Source: Ignavibacteriales bacterium (GTDB lineage: Bacteria > Bacillota > Clostridia > Acetivibrionales > UBA4821). From it: a DNA stretch of 64,000 nt. A program made the translations under genes and the position numbers. The notes beneath the pieces were generated by a model. It saw only the letters and a program-made list of their open reading frames with translations. It was not told where the DNA came from and ran no database searches. This document shows positions 32,368 to 41,587 of this stretch, in pieces (position 1 is the first letter of the stretch; each line of letters starts with the position of its first letter). Location of the stretch: positions 38,629-102,628 of the forward strand of contig JBLNBO010000003.1 in the NCBI GenBank assembly GCA_050260055.1, in the 5' to 3' direction.

Positions 32368-33417
32368 ATGGCCGTAACCCGCTTTGAACCTAAACCAGTA
32401 AAAAATAAAATTATTGCACTTTTAGTAGTAGGCTTATTAATTTTCGGGATTACAAAGCTGTTTCCCGATACTCCGCCCGCTTTCCTTAAAAAAACTTTAA
32501 ATAAAGCCGAATCTAAAGAGAGCGCAGCTTCTAATAAAATTAAAAACCTTAATGAGCTGTCTGCTAACCCAATAGTTCTTAACAACAGTTTTGAGGTTAG
32601 TGAAGTAAAAATAACCTCTGATAATTCTTGGCCTCATATTACAGGAACAGTTAAAAATATATCCAATAAGAATTATAAAGATGTCTCTCTGAAGATTGAT
32701 ACATACAATTCAAAAAATAAATACCTTCAATCACATTATGATGATGCTTTTTTCCTAGAAGCAGGTCAATCATGGAAATTCGATGTGTTAATACTTGATG
32801 AAGGCACGACAACTTATAAAATAGCAGAAATACAAGCGTCTGATATAACCGGCAAGGATACTTCTACCCCTGGCCTTAAAATTGTGAGCTCTCGTTTAAT
32901 AAGTGAGGGATCTACCCAGTATATAACCGGAATAATAGAAAACACATCAAAAAAACACTTTGATGAAGCTTCAGTAACCTTGTCCATAATGGATAAAAAC
33001 GGAATACTTGTGAAGTCATCTATTCCTGATATACTTTGCTTTGAGCCAAGGCAAAAGTGGAAATTCAAAGAAGATATCTATGATCTCACAGCCGGCAGTT
33101 ATAAAATTATGGAGGTTAAAGGTTCTGAAGACAGTAACACTGAGCATTTTGCTCCTGGCCTTAAGGTAATAAATTCTAATCTTTCTGCAAATGAATATAG
33201 TAAAAACATAAAGGGAATTGTAAAAAACAATTCCTCAAGTTATTATTCTTTTGTGTCTCTCACTATAAATGTTTTTGATAAAGATGGATATGTCTTAGAA
33301 AGCCTTATAGAAAATCGCAGCGGCCTATTTCCAAACGGTTCATGGAAATTTGATCTTGATACCTTTGTTAAAGATATAGAAAGTTTCAAAGTAGTTGAGA
33401 TACGTGCAAACAAATAA
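32368..33417 (+). CDS. membrane-anchored protein with three tandem domains of about 90 aa each (FxLYD-like)
   Basis: N-terminal TM, then three repeats each containing I(T/K)G.(V/I).N.S.K.......(L/I)....(D/N)K.G......W(K)F......Y(K)I.E(I/V). Confidence 0.6.
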   Translation: MAVTRFEPKPVKNKIIALLVVGLLIFGITKLFPDTPPAFLKKTLNKAESKESAASNKIKNLNELSANPIVLNNSFEVSEVKITSDNSWPHITGTVKNISNKNYKDVSLKIDTYNSKNKYLQSHYDDAFFLEAGQSWKFDVLILDEGTTTYKIAEIQASDITGKDTSTPGLKIVSSRLISEGSTQYITGIIENTSKKHFDEASVTLSIMDKNGILVKSSIPDILCFEPRQKWKFKEDIYDLTAGSYKIMEVKGSEDSNTEHFAPGLKVINSNLSANEYSKNIKGIVKNNSSSYYSFVSLTINVFDKDGYVLESLIENRSGLFPNGSWKFDLDTFVKDIESFKVVEIRANK

Positions 33418-33488
33418 ATAGCAAGGGTTCGAATCCCACATTCTAATAAAAAATGAGCTCTGTCCTTTCGGACGAACTCATTTTTTAT

Positions 33489-33565
<77 letters not shown>

Positions 33566-33629
33566 ATATTAAATTGCGCAAGAAATATAATAGCATGAAC
33601 ACAAGTATTAGTCAACCTATACATAATAA

Positions 33630-33743
33630 AAGTTGCTTGGCAAAAACGTAATTGAAAAGCACAATGGAACCATCCGTGCAGAAAATTCAGAAGCAGGTAC
33701 GGTTTTTAAGATTATCCTAAAAATAAACAAGCCTATTTTGTAA
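33630..33743 (+). pseudogene. 3' remnant of a histidine kinase gene (last ~37 codons of the HATPase_c domain)
   Basis: The frame reads KLLGKNVIEKHNGTIRAENSEAGTVFKIILKINKPIL-stop. This is the G2-box-distal end of a sensor kinase. TAA lies immediately upstream in frame, and there is no upstream kinase body. Confidence 0.65.
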
Positions 33744-33838
33744 GCTGGCAGAGCATTATTAACAAATAATTTTAATATTAATTGCATAGACTACCAAAAT
33801 GCCATATGATTATTTATATTTATTTTTCGGAGATTAAT

Positions 33839-34717
33839 ATGAATAATTTATTTATAGAAAATTGGTTTCTGATTTTAATAGTTTCAGGCATGTTTTCTGG
33901 CTTGAGTTCTTTATATCAGAAGATTTCCCTCAAAGATAAACAGATTGACCCTATTACATTCTGCATATATTTTCAGCTTCTTGTTGGGCTTCTTTCAATC
34001 CCTACAGCCTTTTCTCAGCCAATAAAGATTGATTTGAACTGCTTTTCATTCTTAACTATATCTTTAATGGGAATTGTTTATGCCGCTGCAAGCTATCTCT
34101 ATTTTTACACCTTAAAAAAACTTGAAATGTCTGAATTTAATATATTAATAAGCTCAAGCTTGCTTTTATTGGTCTTTGGCGCATACTTTTTTCTTGGTGA
34201 AAAAATAACAAGTTTAAAATTAATTGGTGTATGTTTAATTATCTTAGGTATATCTTTAATATATATAAAGAAAACCGGTTTTTCTAGGTTGGGGAAAGAG
34301 CATGCTTTGGTTATTCTATGTGCATTAATCTCTACGGTTGCATCAATCCTTGATAAAATAAATATTAATTACTTCTCAAGCGCTCCTTTATATATGATTT
34401 TTTCTTATTTCCTTCCAGCCTTTATATTAATAATGCTAAATCCTATAAAGTCAGTTAAGCAGTTGCTTAACATTCAATTTTTCAAGCTTTCTTTGATATT
34501 AAGCATAGTTTTTAATTTCCTTTCAAGTGTATTATTTTTCAAAGTACTACAGATAGGCAGCCAAATCTCCTTGGTTTCGCCAATTCATCATATATCTATA
34601 GTCTTCTCCGTATTCTTCGGTATTGTTTTTCTAAAAGAATCTTCCGGCTGGCAAAAGAAAATAGCCGGTTCAATAATAATATTTATTGGAGCCTTCTTCT
34701 TAAAATCCTCCATATAA
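33839..34717 (+). CDS. EamA/DMT-family transporter
   Basis: About 10 TM segments in two EamA-like halves. Start set at MNNLFIENW (GGAGA upstream). The track ORF starts at 33782. Confidence 0.75.
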   Translation: MNNLFIENWFLILIVSGMFSGLSSLYQKISLKDKQIDPITFCIYFQLLVGLLSIPTAFSQPIKIDLNCFSFLTISLMGIVYAAASYLYFYTLKKLEMSEFNILISSSLLLLVFGAYFFLGEKITSLKLIGVCLIILGISLIYIKKTGFSRLGKEHALVILCALISTVASILDKININYFSSAPLYMIFSYFLPAFILIMLNPIKSVKQLLNIQFFKLSLILSIVFNFLSSVLFFKVLQIGSQISLVSPIHHISIVFSVFFGIVFLKESSGWQKKIAGSIIIFIGAFFLKSSI

Positions 34718-34784
34718 TTCATTTTTGCCCGCTCTATTAAAATAATCATAAAAAAGAATAAAAGCGAAAGGTTGAGGAAGACCC

Positions 34785-35585
34785 TCAACCTTTCGCTTTT
34801 ATAGCATTTGCAAATATTTCGATAATTTCTACTGTTTCTTCGGGAGTATAATGGACTCTTTTTCTATCATTTTTAACATACTTCTCTAATTCCTCAATGA
34901 CTATGCTATTGTATTCACCTTGTTTATGGTAGTGAAAAGCCACTCTCCTCAGGAAATTCTTAAGTTTTCCAGAATCCGGCTTTTTAAGGGATTGGGAATT
35001 AGCTAGATCCTCGAATATTGTTTTTGGGTCAAAGATTCTGCCTTTTATAACTTCCAGAACAGCCCACTGGAAAGCTCTTCTTGCTTCAAAATTGCTAAGT
35101 GTAAATACAGCATCCTTCCTAAATATTTGCTCAGCCTGTTCAATAATAAGTTTAACGTCTTTGTTTTTTATTTCTTCATCATTTTTGAATATATCATTCA
35201 AATATTGTATGCAAGCCTTACCTTTATATTTAATATATTTGATGTTTTCCCCAGGCTGATTATGCTCGCCAGCATCAGTTTGGTTTGATTTGATAGAATC
35301 AGTAATCAAGGATGGTTCTATAAGTATTGTTACTTTGTCAGGGAAGCAGTATATTCTTTCAACTACTTTTCCTTTTATTGAAACCACTCTTCTTATCTCA
35401 GCCATTTTTTTATCTGATTTAACAATTATTGCTTCTGGAAAAACCACAGTATCCCCAATTTGAGGAATAAAGCTTAGATGGCGGCCTTCTTCAATAATCA
35501 TATTTTTTAATCCAGAAAAGCCAAAAAAAGTTTTGATTAAGCCTTGAAACGAGCTTTCATTTAAAGGGTCTTTTTTGCTGTCCAT
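34785..35585 (-). CDS. hypothetical protein
   Basis: 266-aa ORF with GGAGG upstream. No recognisable motif. Confidence 0.5.
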   Translation of the reverse strand: MDSKKDPLNESSFQGLIKTFFGFSGLKNMIIEEGRHLSFIPQIGDTVVFPEAIIVKSDKKMAEIRRVVSIKGKVVERIYCFPDKVTILIEPSLITDSIKSNQTDAGEHNQPGENIKYIKYKGKACIQYLNDIFKNDEEIKNKDVKLIIEQAEQIFRKDAVFTLSNFEARRAFQWAVLEVIKGRIFDPKTIFEDLANSQSLKKPDSGKLKNFLRRVAFHYHKQGEYNSIVIEELEKYVKNDRKRVHYTPEETVEIIEIFANAIKAKG

Positions 35586-35753
35586 TCTATTGATACCTCC
35601 AAGTTACTATTTCAGCTTTCACCCGTCCTATAAGCAAATTTTTCTGCTTATTCCTTCAACTTCACTCCTTCCAATATTAAATCGAGTATTATAATAAATG
35701 TATAATAGTCTATATTTTGACAGATTTTGTATAAAAAGTCAACCAAGTTATCG

Positions 35754-35826
35754 GGTCCGTCTGTGGGTTCGAATCCCCCTAAACAAGAAAAGACACTTTC
35801 GTGTCTTTTCTTATGGCGGAGAGGGT
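35754..35826. repeat. 73-bp direct repeat copy 1 (T-arm-like fragment + terminator hairpin + last 15 nt of tRNA-Ser)
   Basis: 70/73 identical to 35933-36005 at an offset of 179 bp. Two of the three differences are a compensatory pair in the hairpin stem. Confidence 0.85.
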
Positions 35827-35932
35827 TCGGTCCACTCGTAGGGAGCATCCTCCCTTACGACGGGCCAAAACCGAACCCTGTCACCCTCCTCTGATGTATT
35901 CCTTTGAGGAATACTCTCGGGTAATTAAAACT

Positions 35933-36005
35933 GGTCCATCTGTGGGTTCGAATCCCCCTAAACAAAAAAAGACACTTTCGTGTCTTTTTTTATGGCGGAG
36001 AGGGT
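35933..36005. repeat. 73-bp direct repeat copy 2, overlapping the 3' end of the intact tRNA-Ser
   Basis: See copy 1. It contains GGTCCATCTGTGGGTTCGAATCCCCC, the hairpin AAAAAGACACtttcGTGTCTTTTT and TGGCGGAGAGGGT. Confidence 0.85.
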
Positions 36006-36081
36006 GGGATTCGAACCCACGTGACGTTGCCGCCAAACTGATTTCGAGTCAGCCCCGTTATGACCACTTCGATACCTCTCC
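35993..36081 (-). tRNA. tRNA-Ser (anticodon CGA), long variable arm
   Basis: The reverse complement reads GGAGAGGTATCGAAGTGGTCATAACGGGGCTGACTCGAAATCAGTTTGGCGGCAACGTCACGTGGGTTCGAATCCCACCCTCTCCGCCA. Anticodon loop is CTCGAAA. Confidence 0.9.
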
Positions 36082-36092
36082 ATAATTAATAT

Positions 36093-36539
36093 TTACTTTT
36101 TACGCAGTTCTTTGAAAAACTTCTTTAGAACTCCCGCGCACTCTTCTTCCATTATCCCTGTATAAACTTCAACCTTATGATTAAAACCTTTTTCAAAAAC
36201 ATTGATTACCGAACCTGCCGCCCCTGCCTTTATATCATCCGCTCCATAATAAAGTCTTCTTATCCTTGATTGTATTATTGCCCCAGCACACATAGGACAT
36301 GGCTCAAGTGTAACATATAAATCACAGTCCAAAAGCCTCCATTCTCCAAGCTTCTTTGAAGCCTTCTGAATTGCAAGGATTTCAGCGTGAGCAGTAGTAT
36401 CTTTTCTTGTTTCCCTAAGATTATGCGCACGGGCAATTATTCTATCATTCTGTACAATCACAGCCCCTATCGGCGCCTCACCTTTTTTATATGCTTTCTC
36501 AGCTTCCTGCAAAGCTGCTTTCATATATTTATTATCCAT
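36093..36539 (-). CDS. tadA: tRNA-specific adenosine deaminase TadA
   Basis: The CDA zinc motifs HAE and PCPMCAGA, in a protein of 148 aa. Confidence 0.93.
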   Translation of the reverse strand: MDNKYMKAALQEAEKAYKKGEAPIGAVIVQNDRIIARAHNLRETRKDTTAHAEILAIQKASKKLGEWRLLDCDLYVTLEPCPMCAGAIIQSRIRRLYYGADDIKAGAAGSVINVFEKGFNHKVEVYTGIMEEECAGVLKKFFKELRKK

Positions 36540-36668
36540 AACTCATCCTTAAGGATTTCATTCCTACAGCAAAGTTAATTCTACAACACTACTATTTAAG
36601 CTGTCAAGACCATAGGAAAACTCGCTTATTATAATATAACAAGCGAGTTTTCCTATGCTAATCTTACA

Positions 36669-37457
36669 CTATTGAATTGTATTTGCCATTTCTTCTACTT
36701 CGGTTGCTATGGTTTCATAGTCGCTAACCTTTATATCTTTACTTGATTCATAGCCATACTTTTCAGAAACATTCCTTATTATATCTGTATTGGCATTAGC
36801 AAGAGCATATAGCCGCTTTCTTTGCGGTTCAGTTATTGTTTTTTCTTCTTTCCCTTCCCCCGAAGAAGCATCTCCTTTTGGCTCGCCGTCTGCCTGCTGC
36901 ATTTCCTCATTTGTGTATATCCCGCTAAGATCATTTGGAAATGCCTTTCTTAGCGCTAATGCCTCTGCACATTTTCCAAGCATAAGATATGGCATCTTCT
37001 GCCACATAAATCCGTGGGTTTCCCCAGGGTAATATTCCTTCCATCTTGCAGTTGCCGTAAATGGGCATCTTTGATTGCTTATCATTTTATAAACTGTAAC
37101 TGTAGCTTTGTTTGGCGCAATAGCATCCTCCGTATCATAAACCGGGTCATCAATTCCGGCAAGCTGGCCTGTTCTTTCTGCTATTGCCCTATATCCATCA
37201 ATTCCGGTTTGGACAGTGATTGTGCTTTTAAAACTTCCGTCATTTTGCCTTGTCTTTCTTTTTACAAAATGAATTTGCTTGGTAAGCGGGTCTAATCCAG
37301 TTCTTTGGGCTATAAATAAAAACAGTTTAAGCTCATCATCTGTTGCATCTTTAGCCGAAGACGCCCTGATTAACTCAATCTGCTCCGGGTTGAACCCATA
37401 AGGAACTTCAATATTGCTTATGCTTATATTTTTATTATTCAAAACTTTCTCCTCCAA
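36669..37457 (-). CDS. recT: RecT-family single-strand annealing recombinase (phage-type), orphan
   Basis: GIDGYRAIAERTG, W(K)EY and MPYLMLGKCAEALALRKAFP are typical RecT blocks, followed by an acidic C-terminal tail. Confidence 0.85.
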   Translation of the reverse strand: MEEKVLNNKNISISNIEVPYGFNPEQIELIRASSAKDATDDELKLFLFIAQRTGLDPLTKQIHFVKRKTRQNDGSFKSTITVQTGIDGYRAIAERTGQLAGIDDPVYDTEDAIAPNKATVTVYKMISNQRCPFTATARWKEYYPGETHGFMWQKMPYLMLGKCAEALALRKAFPNDLSGIYTNEEMQQADGEPKGDASSGEGKEEKTITEPQRKRLYALANANTDIIRNVSEKYGYESSKDIKVSDYETIATEVEEMANTIQ

Positions 37458-37791
37458 TTTATTGTTTCAGTATTTACTAACTAATATTAGTTTCTACATA
37501 ATTTTTAAAAAAATGACACATTTAGAGTAAAAATGAAAGTAAATAAATTGAAAAGAGAAGTCTTATTAATAATTTAAATTTTAACGTATTGGAAAGATTA
37601 TCTAAAAGATGTATAATATTTATATATGTCTTTATATTATTTTTATCGTACAGCTCACACTTCACAAAATTTTGTAATGTTTTTCATCTTCATACGATTA
37701 AAGCTAGCTTTATTAAGATGGCCTTTATAGGTTCTTAGAACTTATAGTCGTTATATAAAAAAGATTCCCCAAAAAGAAAGGAGATAATAAA

Positions 37792-38145
37792 ATGTCAGAC
37801 AGTATCAAAATGATTAAGGAAACCAAAAAAGGGCTGAACCTATCTGAAGTTACCATTCCACGAGAATTAATTCCTCTCCAGGAACTTCTTGCAGCCAGAG
37901 CTCATGATGAATGGGTTTTAGAAATGCTCAAGCAGGAATGGAAGTTTGGGCCGGTCCATGATGAAAGTAAAAAGCAAAGCCCTCTTTTGATGAACTATAT
38001 CAGTCTTTCTGATGGAGAAAAACAAATCGCGCGGGATAAAGTTCATGATACCATTGCCGTAATGATAGTATATGGTTATGAAATTACTTCTGCGCCAGTT
38101 ACTTTTCTTGGCCCTCGGAGCTTGTATCCTTATCCGAAGAGCTGA
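37792..38145 (+). CDS. RyR-domain protein
   Basis: 117 aa. LAARAHDEWV....Q.W.FGP..DE..K..PLL..Y..LS..EK..(A)RD resembles the bacterial RyR repeat. Terminator hairpin at about 38151-38178. Confidence 0.6.
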   Translation: MSDSIKMIKETKKGLNLSEVTIPRELIPLQELLAARAHDEWVLEMLKQEWKFGPVHDESKKQSPLLMNYISLSDGEKQIARDKVHDTIAVMIVYGYEITSAPVTFLGPRSLYPYPKS

Positions 38146-38182
38146 AAAACAAAAACACCTTGCATCGCAAGGTGTTTTTGTT

Positions 38183-38258
38183 TGGTGCGCCTGAGACGAC
38201 TCGAACGTCCGGCCTGCGGTTTAGGAAACCGTTGCTCTATCCACTGAGCTACAGGCGC
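38183..38258 (-). tRNA. tRNA-Arg (anticodon CCT)
   Basis: The reverse complement reads GCGCCTGTAGCTCAGTGGATAGAGCAACGGTTTCCTAAACCGCAGGCCGGACGTTCGAGTCGTCTCAGGCGCACCA. Confidence 0.9.
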
Positions 38259-38413
38259 ATAGTTTAGCAAAAATTATTTTACATGGCTAGCCGCATTTTG
38301 TCAATCCTAACGCATTCGGTAAGCCCTTTTAAGTTTTAAGAATTAATTCTTGTCGACATTCTCCCGCTTTTATGGTAATATCTCTTATCATAATAACTTG
38401 ACAGGAGAAGAAA

Positions 38414-39004
38414 ATGCCATTTATTCCAGCATACATCTATAATAATAAGCTGTATCTTAATATAACAAACCTGTGTTCAAATAATTGCTCTTTCTGTATC
38501 AGGAACAGCTCTCAAGGTGTTGGCCATGATCTTGTGCTGGATAGGGAGCCGAGTTCAAGCGAAGTTCTGGAAGCAATTGAGAAGCTTCCGGTCTCTGAAG
38601 AGGTAACCTTTTGCGGCTTCGGCGAGCCCCTATTAAGACCAGAAACACTTATAGAGGTAGCAAAGGAAATAAAAAAGAGATACGGCTCAAAAATTAGAAT
38701 TAATACAAACGGCCTGGCTGAAAAAACCTTAAATAAAAAAATAATCCCTTCTCTTGAAGGAATCATTGATACTATATCTATTAGCCTTAATGCACATGAT
38801 GCAGAATCCTACTTTGAGGTTTGCAAGCCTAAAACCGGAACAGCTTCATATCAAGCAGTTATCGATTTCGCGCGTGAGAGCAAGAAATATATCCCTAATG
38901 TAGCGCTTTCGGTAGTAGATATTCCCGAAATTGATATAGAAAAGTGCAAGCAAATCGCACAAGAACTTGGCATTGAGCTTAGAATACGCCATCTTATTCC
39001 TTAA
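38414..39004 (+). CDS. small radical SAM protein (TatD-associated type)
   Basis: CSNNCSFC cluster motif near the N-terminus, a GFGEPL glycine-rich SAM motif, 196 aa. Confidence 0.75.
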   Translation: MPFIPAYIYNNKLYLNITNLCSNNCSFCIRNSSQGVGHDLVLDREPSSSEVLEAIEKLPVSEEVTFCGFGEPLLRPETLIEVAKEIKKRYGSKIRINTNGLAEKTLNKKIIPSLEGIIDTISISLNAHDAESYFEVCKPKTGTASYQAVIDFARESKKYIPNVALSVVDIPEIDIEKCKQIAQELGIELRIRHLIP

Positions 39005-39464
39005 TTATTCTTCCATTATGCCATTTAAAATGAGCAAGCAGGCTAGTTAAGCCAATTCCAATAAATCCTCCAAAAGTATCTATCAAAACATCTGTTACCT
39101 TAGCCGCTCTTCCCGGCACAAACGCCTGATGAATCTCGTCTGTTACTGCATAAATCAAGCAAATCAGTATGGAATATAGGAATAACTTCTTATCTTTAAT
39201 TCCAGTTGAAGATAAAGCTAAACATAATAACATCCCCAACACTGCATATTCCAAAGTATGCGCAATCTTTCTAATAAAGTAATTCCAACCGTTATTCAAA
39301 AATTCTCCCTTAAAGCCAAAGTTGTTAGCAATTCTGTTTATTTCTTGAATTACAAAAAGGCTTTGTGTATCTGACTGTATTGCAGGCTTACTGGAGAATT
39401 GAAATATTATGCTCATCCAGATTATTGCTAAAAACCAATAAATTATTACTCTTTTTAAGTCCAT
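38994..39464 (-). CDS. VanZ-family membrane protein
   Basis: 156 aa with 4 TM segments. The K..H..EY..LG and TDE.HQ.FVPGR motifs are present. Confidence 0.75.
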   Translation of the reverse strand: MDLKRVIIYWFLAIIWMSIIFQFSSKPAIQSDTQSLFVIQEINRIANNFGFKGEFLNNGWNYFIRKIAHTLEYAVLGMLLCLALSSTGIKDKKLFLYSILICLIYAVTDEIHQAFVPGRAAKVTDVLIDTFGGFIGIGLTSLLAHFKWHNGRIIKE

Positions 39465-39489
39465 TAAAAACTCTCCGTCTTTTTTAAGC

Positions 39490-40308
39490 TTAATTCTTTT
39501 TAAACAGCTTTTTGAAGAAACTATCTTTCACTTCTGTCTTTGATTTTTCGCCTTCTTGAGTATTAAGAGCTATTTCAGTATTAGCAAGATACGCAACCCT
39601 CTTTATTAGGTTCTGTATGGATGAATTGTATTTATTTTTTTGCTTTACAAATTCATTCGTCTTTTTTTGATTATAATAATCTCTCATGCTTGAAGAATAA
39701 ACAACACTTATGTGTTCTATCTGGTACATCTTTTTAATTTCGCCGGAATCCGGAAAAACATTATCTTCAAACATATTTATAACATTTATTTCTTTTACAT
39801 CCTTATGCTGATTGTAGGATTTGTACCATTCTAGTATGTAAGGATTCTGCGTCATAACATTTAGAAACACATCACAGTTAGAGTAAATAAGCCTGCTCAA
39901 TTCGCTCTGCGTTCCTGCTGTAGTATCCACAATTACAATATCAAAGGTTTTACGCGCAACCTCTATTATTTTTAAAACCTCTTCAGTATTCTTTTTAAGA
40001 TAATCTGAATTGTCTATACGGCTAGGATTTACAAGTCTTAAATTAGGCTTTAAAACTTCTGTATTTTCAATTAGAAGTTCTGATGTAAGCTCTCTGTTTC
40101 GCACTATAGAAATCAAATCATCAATACAATTTGAAGTTTTTCGGTCAACTAAGAACTCCATTTCTCCAAATAAATAATTAAAATCAAATATAAGTATGCT
40201 CAATTCCGTGTAATTAGCGAGAGTATATCCGATATTGTAAACAAGAGATGTTATTCCTTGTCCATGTTTGACACTGCCGACTCCAATAAACTTTCCCGTT
40301 TTCTCCAT
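39490..40308 (-). CDS. ParA/MinD-like P-loop protein with a degenerate Walker A
   Basis: The N-terminus GVGSVKHGQGITS aligns to the deviant Walker A xKGGxGK(T/S), but the GK Lys is replaced (G-I-T). A Walker B-like FDIVIVDT is present. Confidence 0.45.
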   Translation of the reverse strand: MEKTGKFIGVGSVKHGQGITSLVYNIGYTLANYTELSILIFDFNYLFGEMEFLVDRKTSNCIDDLISIVRNRELTSELLIENTEVLKPNLRLVNPSRIDNSDYLKKNTEEVLKIIEVARKTFDIVIVDTTAGTQSELSRLIYSNCDVFLNVMTQNPYILEWYKSYNQHKDVKEINVINMFEDNVFPDSGEIKKMYQIEHISVVYSSSMRDYYNQKKTNEFVKQKNKYNSSIQNLIKRVAYLANTEIALNTQEGEKSKTEVKDSFFKKLFKKN

Positions 40309-40436
40309 CTTGTACCTCCAGATTTTTTATACAAACTAATTATACCAAAAAATCAGATGTAAAGAACCTTTTTTTCAAATTCCCAAGGCTTTACTTATGG
40401 CTCTGCTTGTTGTATAATATGGTTTCAGTAAGCATA

Positions 40437-40513
40437 TGCGCCCATAGCTCAGCTGGATAGAGTGTTTGGCTACGAACCAAAAGGTCGGGGGTTCGAATCC
40501 CTCTGGGCGTGCC
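40437..40513 (+). tRNA. tRNA-Arg (anticodon ACG)
   Basis: GCGCCCATAGCTCAGCTGGATAGAGTGTTTGGCTACGAACCAAAAGGTCGGGGGTTCGAATCCCTCTGGGCGTGCCA. A hairpin+T-run terminator follows at about 40520-40562. Confidence 0.92.
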
Positions 40514-40573
40514 AAAGCAAAAAGGAAAGTACATTCTACAAATGATGTACTTTCCTTTTTCGTTTTAAGTCAA

Positions 40574-41176
40574 TTATCCAATCATTTCTCCATTGAGAAC
40601 TTTCATGTCTCTTTCTGTAGATTTTATCGCTTCTGCTAATATTCTCTCAGATATATACCGAATATTCTCAAGTATTGCTATTAATTCGTTCTTTTCTTTA
40701 GGATATAAATTCAAACTGTTTTGGCTAACGATTTTTAAAATAACCCCCAAAAGAATACCAGTTAGATTTTGGTTTATCTTTTCTTTTTTAGATACTCCTT
40801 TAAAAAACATAACCAGCGACACAAGTGGTTTCATTGCCTTTTTGTAAATAGGAAGCAATCCTAACGGTACAAATTGAAAATTTGTTTCTAATTGGCTTAA
40901 TGCCGCATTAATTTCTACGTTGTCTTTAAATAGGTTATCCCGGTGACTAGCTAGCAAATCCTTAAACAAACTTAAATCTTCGAGTTTTGGGACTTCACTG
41001 GAAGTTAGTCTAATGCAAACGTCCCTTTTTGGTAACTCAATTTTTGTTTCTGTTTTGTTTGAATTAAAAATAAACATTTCATCTTCTAATGTTACAGTTA
41101 TTTTTTCAATTACACCTGTTCTTTTGATTTCTTCAAGGTACGTACTTAAATCAATTTTTTTAACTTCCTTTTTCAT
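40574..41176 (-). CDS. hypothetical protein (only ORF between tRNA-Arg and its 3' fragment)
   Basis: Start set at MKKEVKK (AGGAGG 7 nt upstream). The track ORF extends to 41296. Confidence 0.5.
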   Translation of the reverse strand: MKKEVKKIDLSTYLEEIKRTGVIEKITVTLEDEMFIFNSNKTETKIELPKRDVCIRLTSSEVPKLEDLSLFKDLLASHRDNLFKDNVEINAALSQLETNFQFVPLGLLPIYKKAMKPLVSLVMFFKGVSKKEKINQNLTGILLGVILKIVSQNSLNLYPKEKNELIAILENIRYISERILAEAIKSTERDMKVLNGEMIG

Positions 41177-41416
41177 AAACATCCTCCTTATTTCTTTTTT
41201 ATCCTTAAAAACAGATATTAAATTTTTCAAATAACTTATTGACATTCTTATTACCCATCTATGCAAAGACCTTGCTTTGATGCAGACTACAGTCATATAT
41301 TTTAAAAGCTTATTTCATAAAATTATATCATGATTTTAATATATATGCTAGTATGAATTGGTGTTTTTAGGGATTCAATTTCTAATTTTTCAACATATAA
41401 AATAACGTTCCATTAT

Positions 41417-41461
41417 GCCTACGAACCAAAAGGTCGGGGATTCGAACCCTGAGAGGGCGTG
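41417..41461 (+). repeat. partial duplicate of the 3' half of tRNA-Arg(ACG) (att-like remnant)
   Basis: GCCTACGAACCAAAAGGTCGGGGATTCGAACCCTGAGAGGGCGTG. A 21-nt exact match to the tRNA begins in the anticodon loop, then the T-arm and acceptor diverge. It is followed by its own terminator, GAACGTCCtaaacGGACGTTTTT. Confidence 0.8.
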
Positions 41462-41587
41462 AAGCGTTAATGGAACGTCCTAAACGGACGTTTTTAGCTT
41501 CGCGTAAGGAGCCGGGACCCGTTCGCGGGTGGCGACGTAGGCAAATGCGAGCTTGCCGAAGCATTTGATAATCCCTCTGACCTGCCA

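Noticed and set aside
35814-35932. SRP (4.5S/scRNA) gene expected near tadA, or a second tRNA-like gene, as the identity of the long hairpin
   Set aside because: The hairpin has a CATC/GATG loop. It lacks the conserved GGAA tetraloop and the AGCA/GGUCC symmetric-loop motifs of SRP RNA domain IV. It does not fold as a cloverleaf and has no 7-nt anticodon loop.
35801-36085. 94-aa plus-strand ORF
   Set aside because: It overlaps the tRNA-Ser gene and the direct repeats, and its Arg/Pro-rich translation is typical of a spurious frame through structured RNA sequence.
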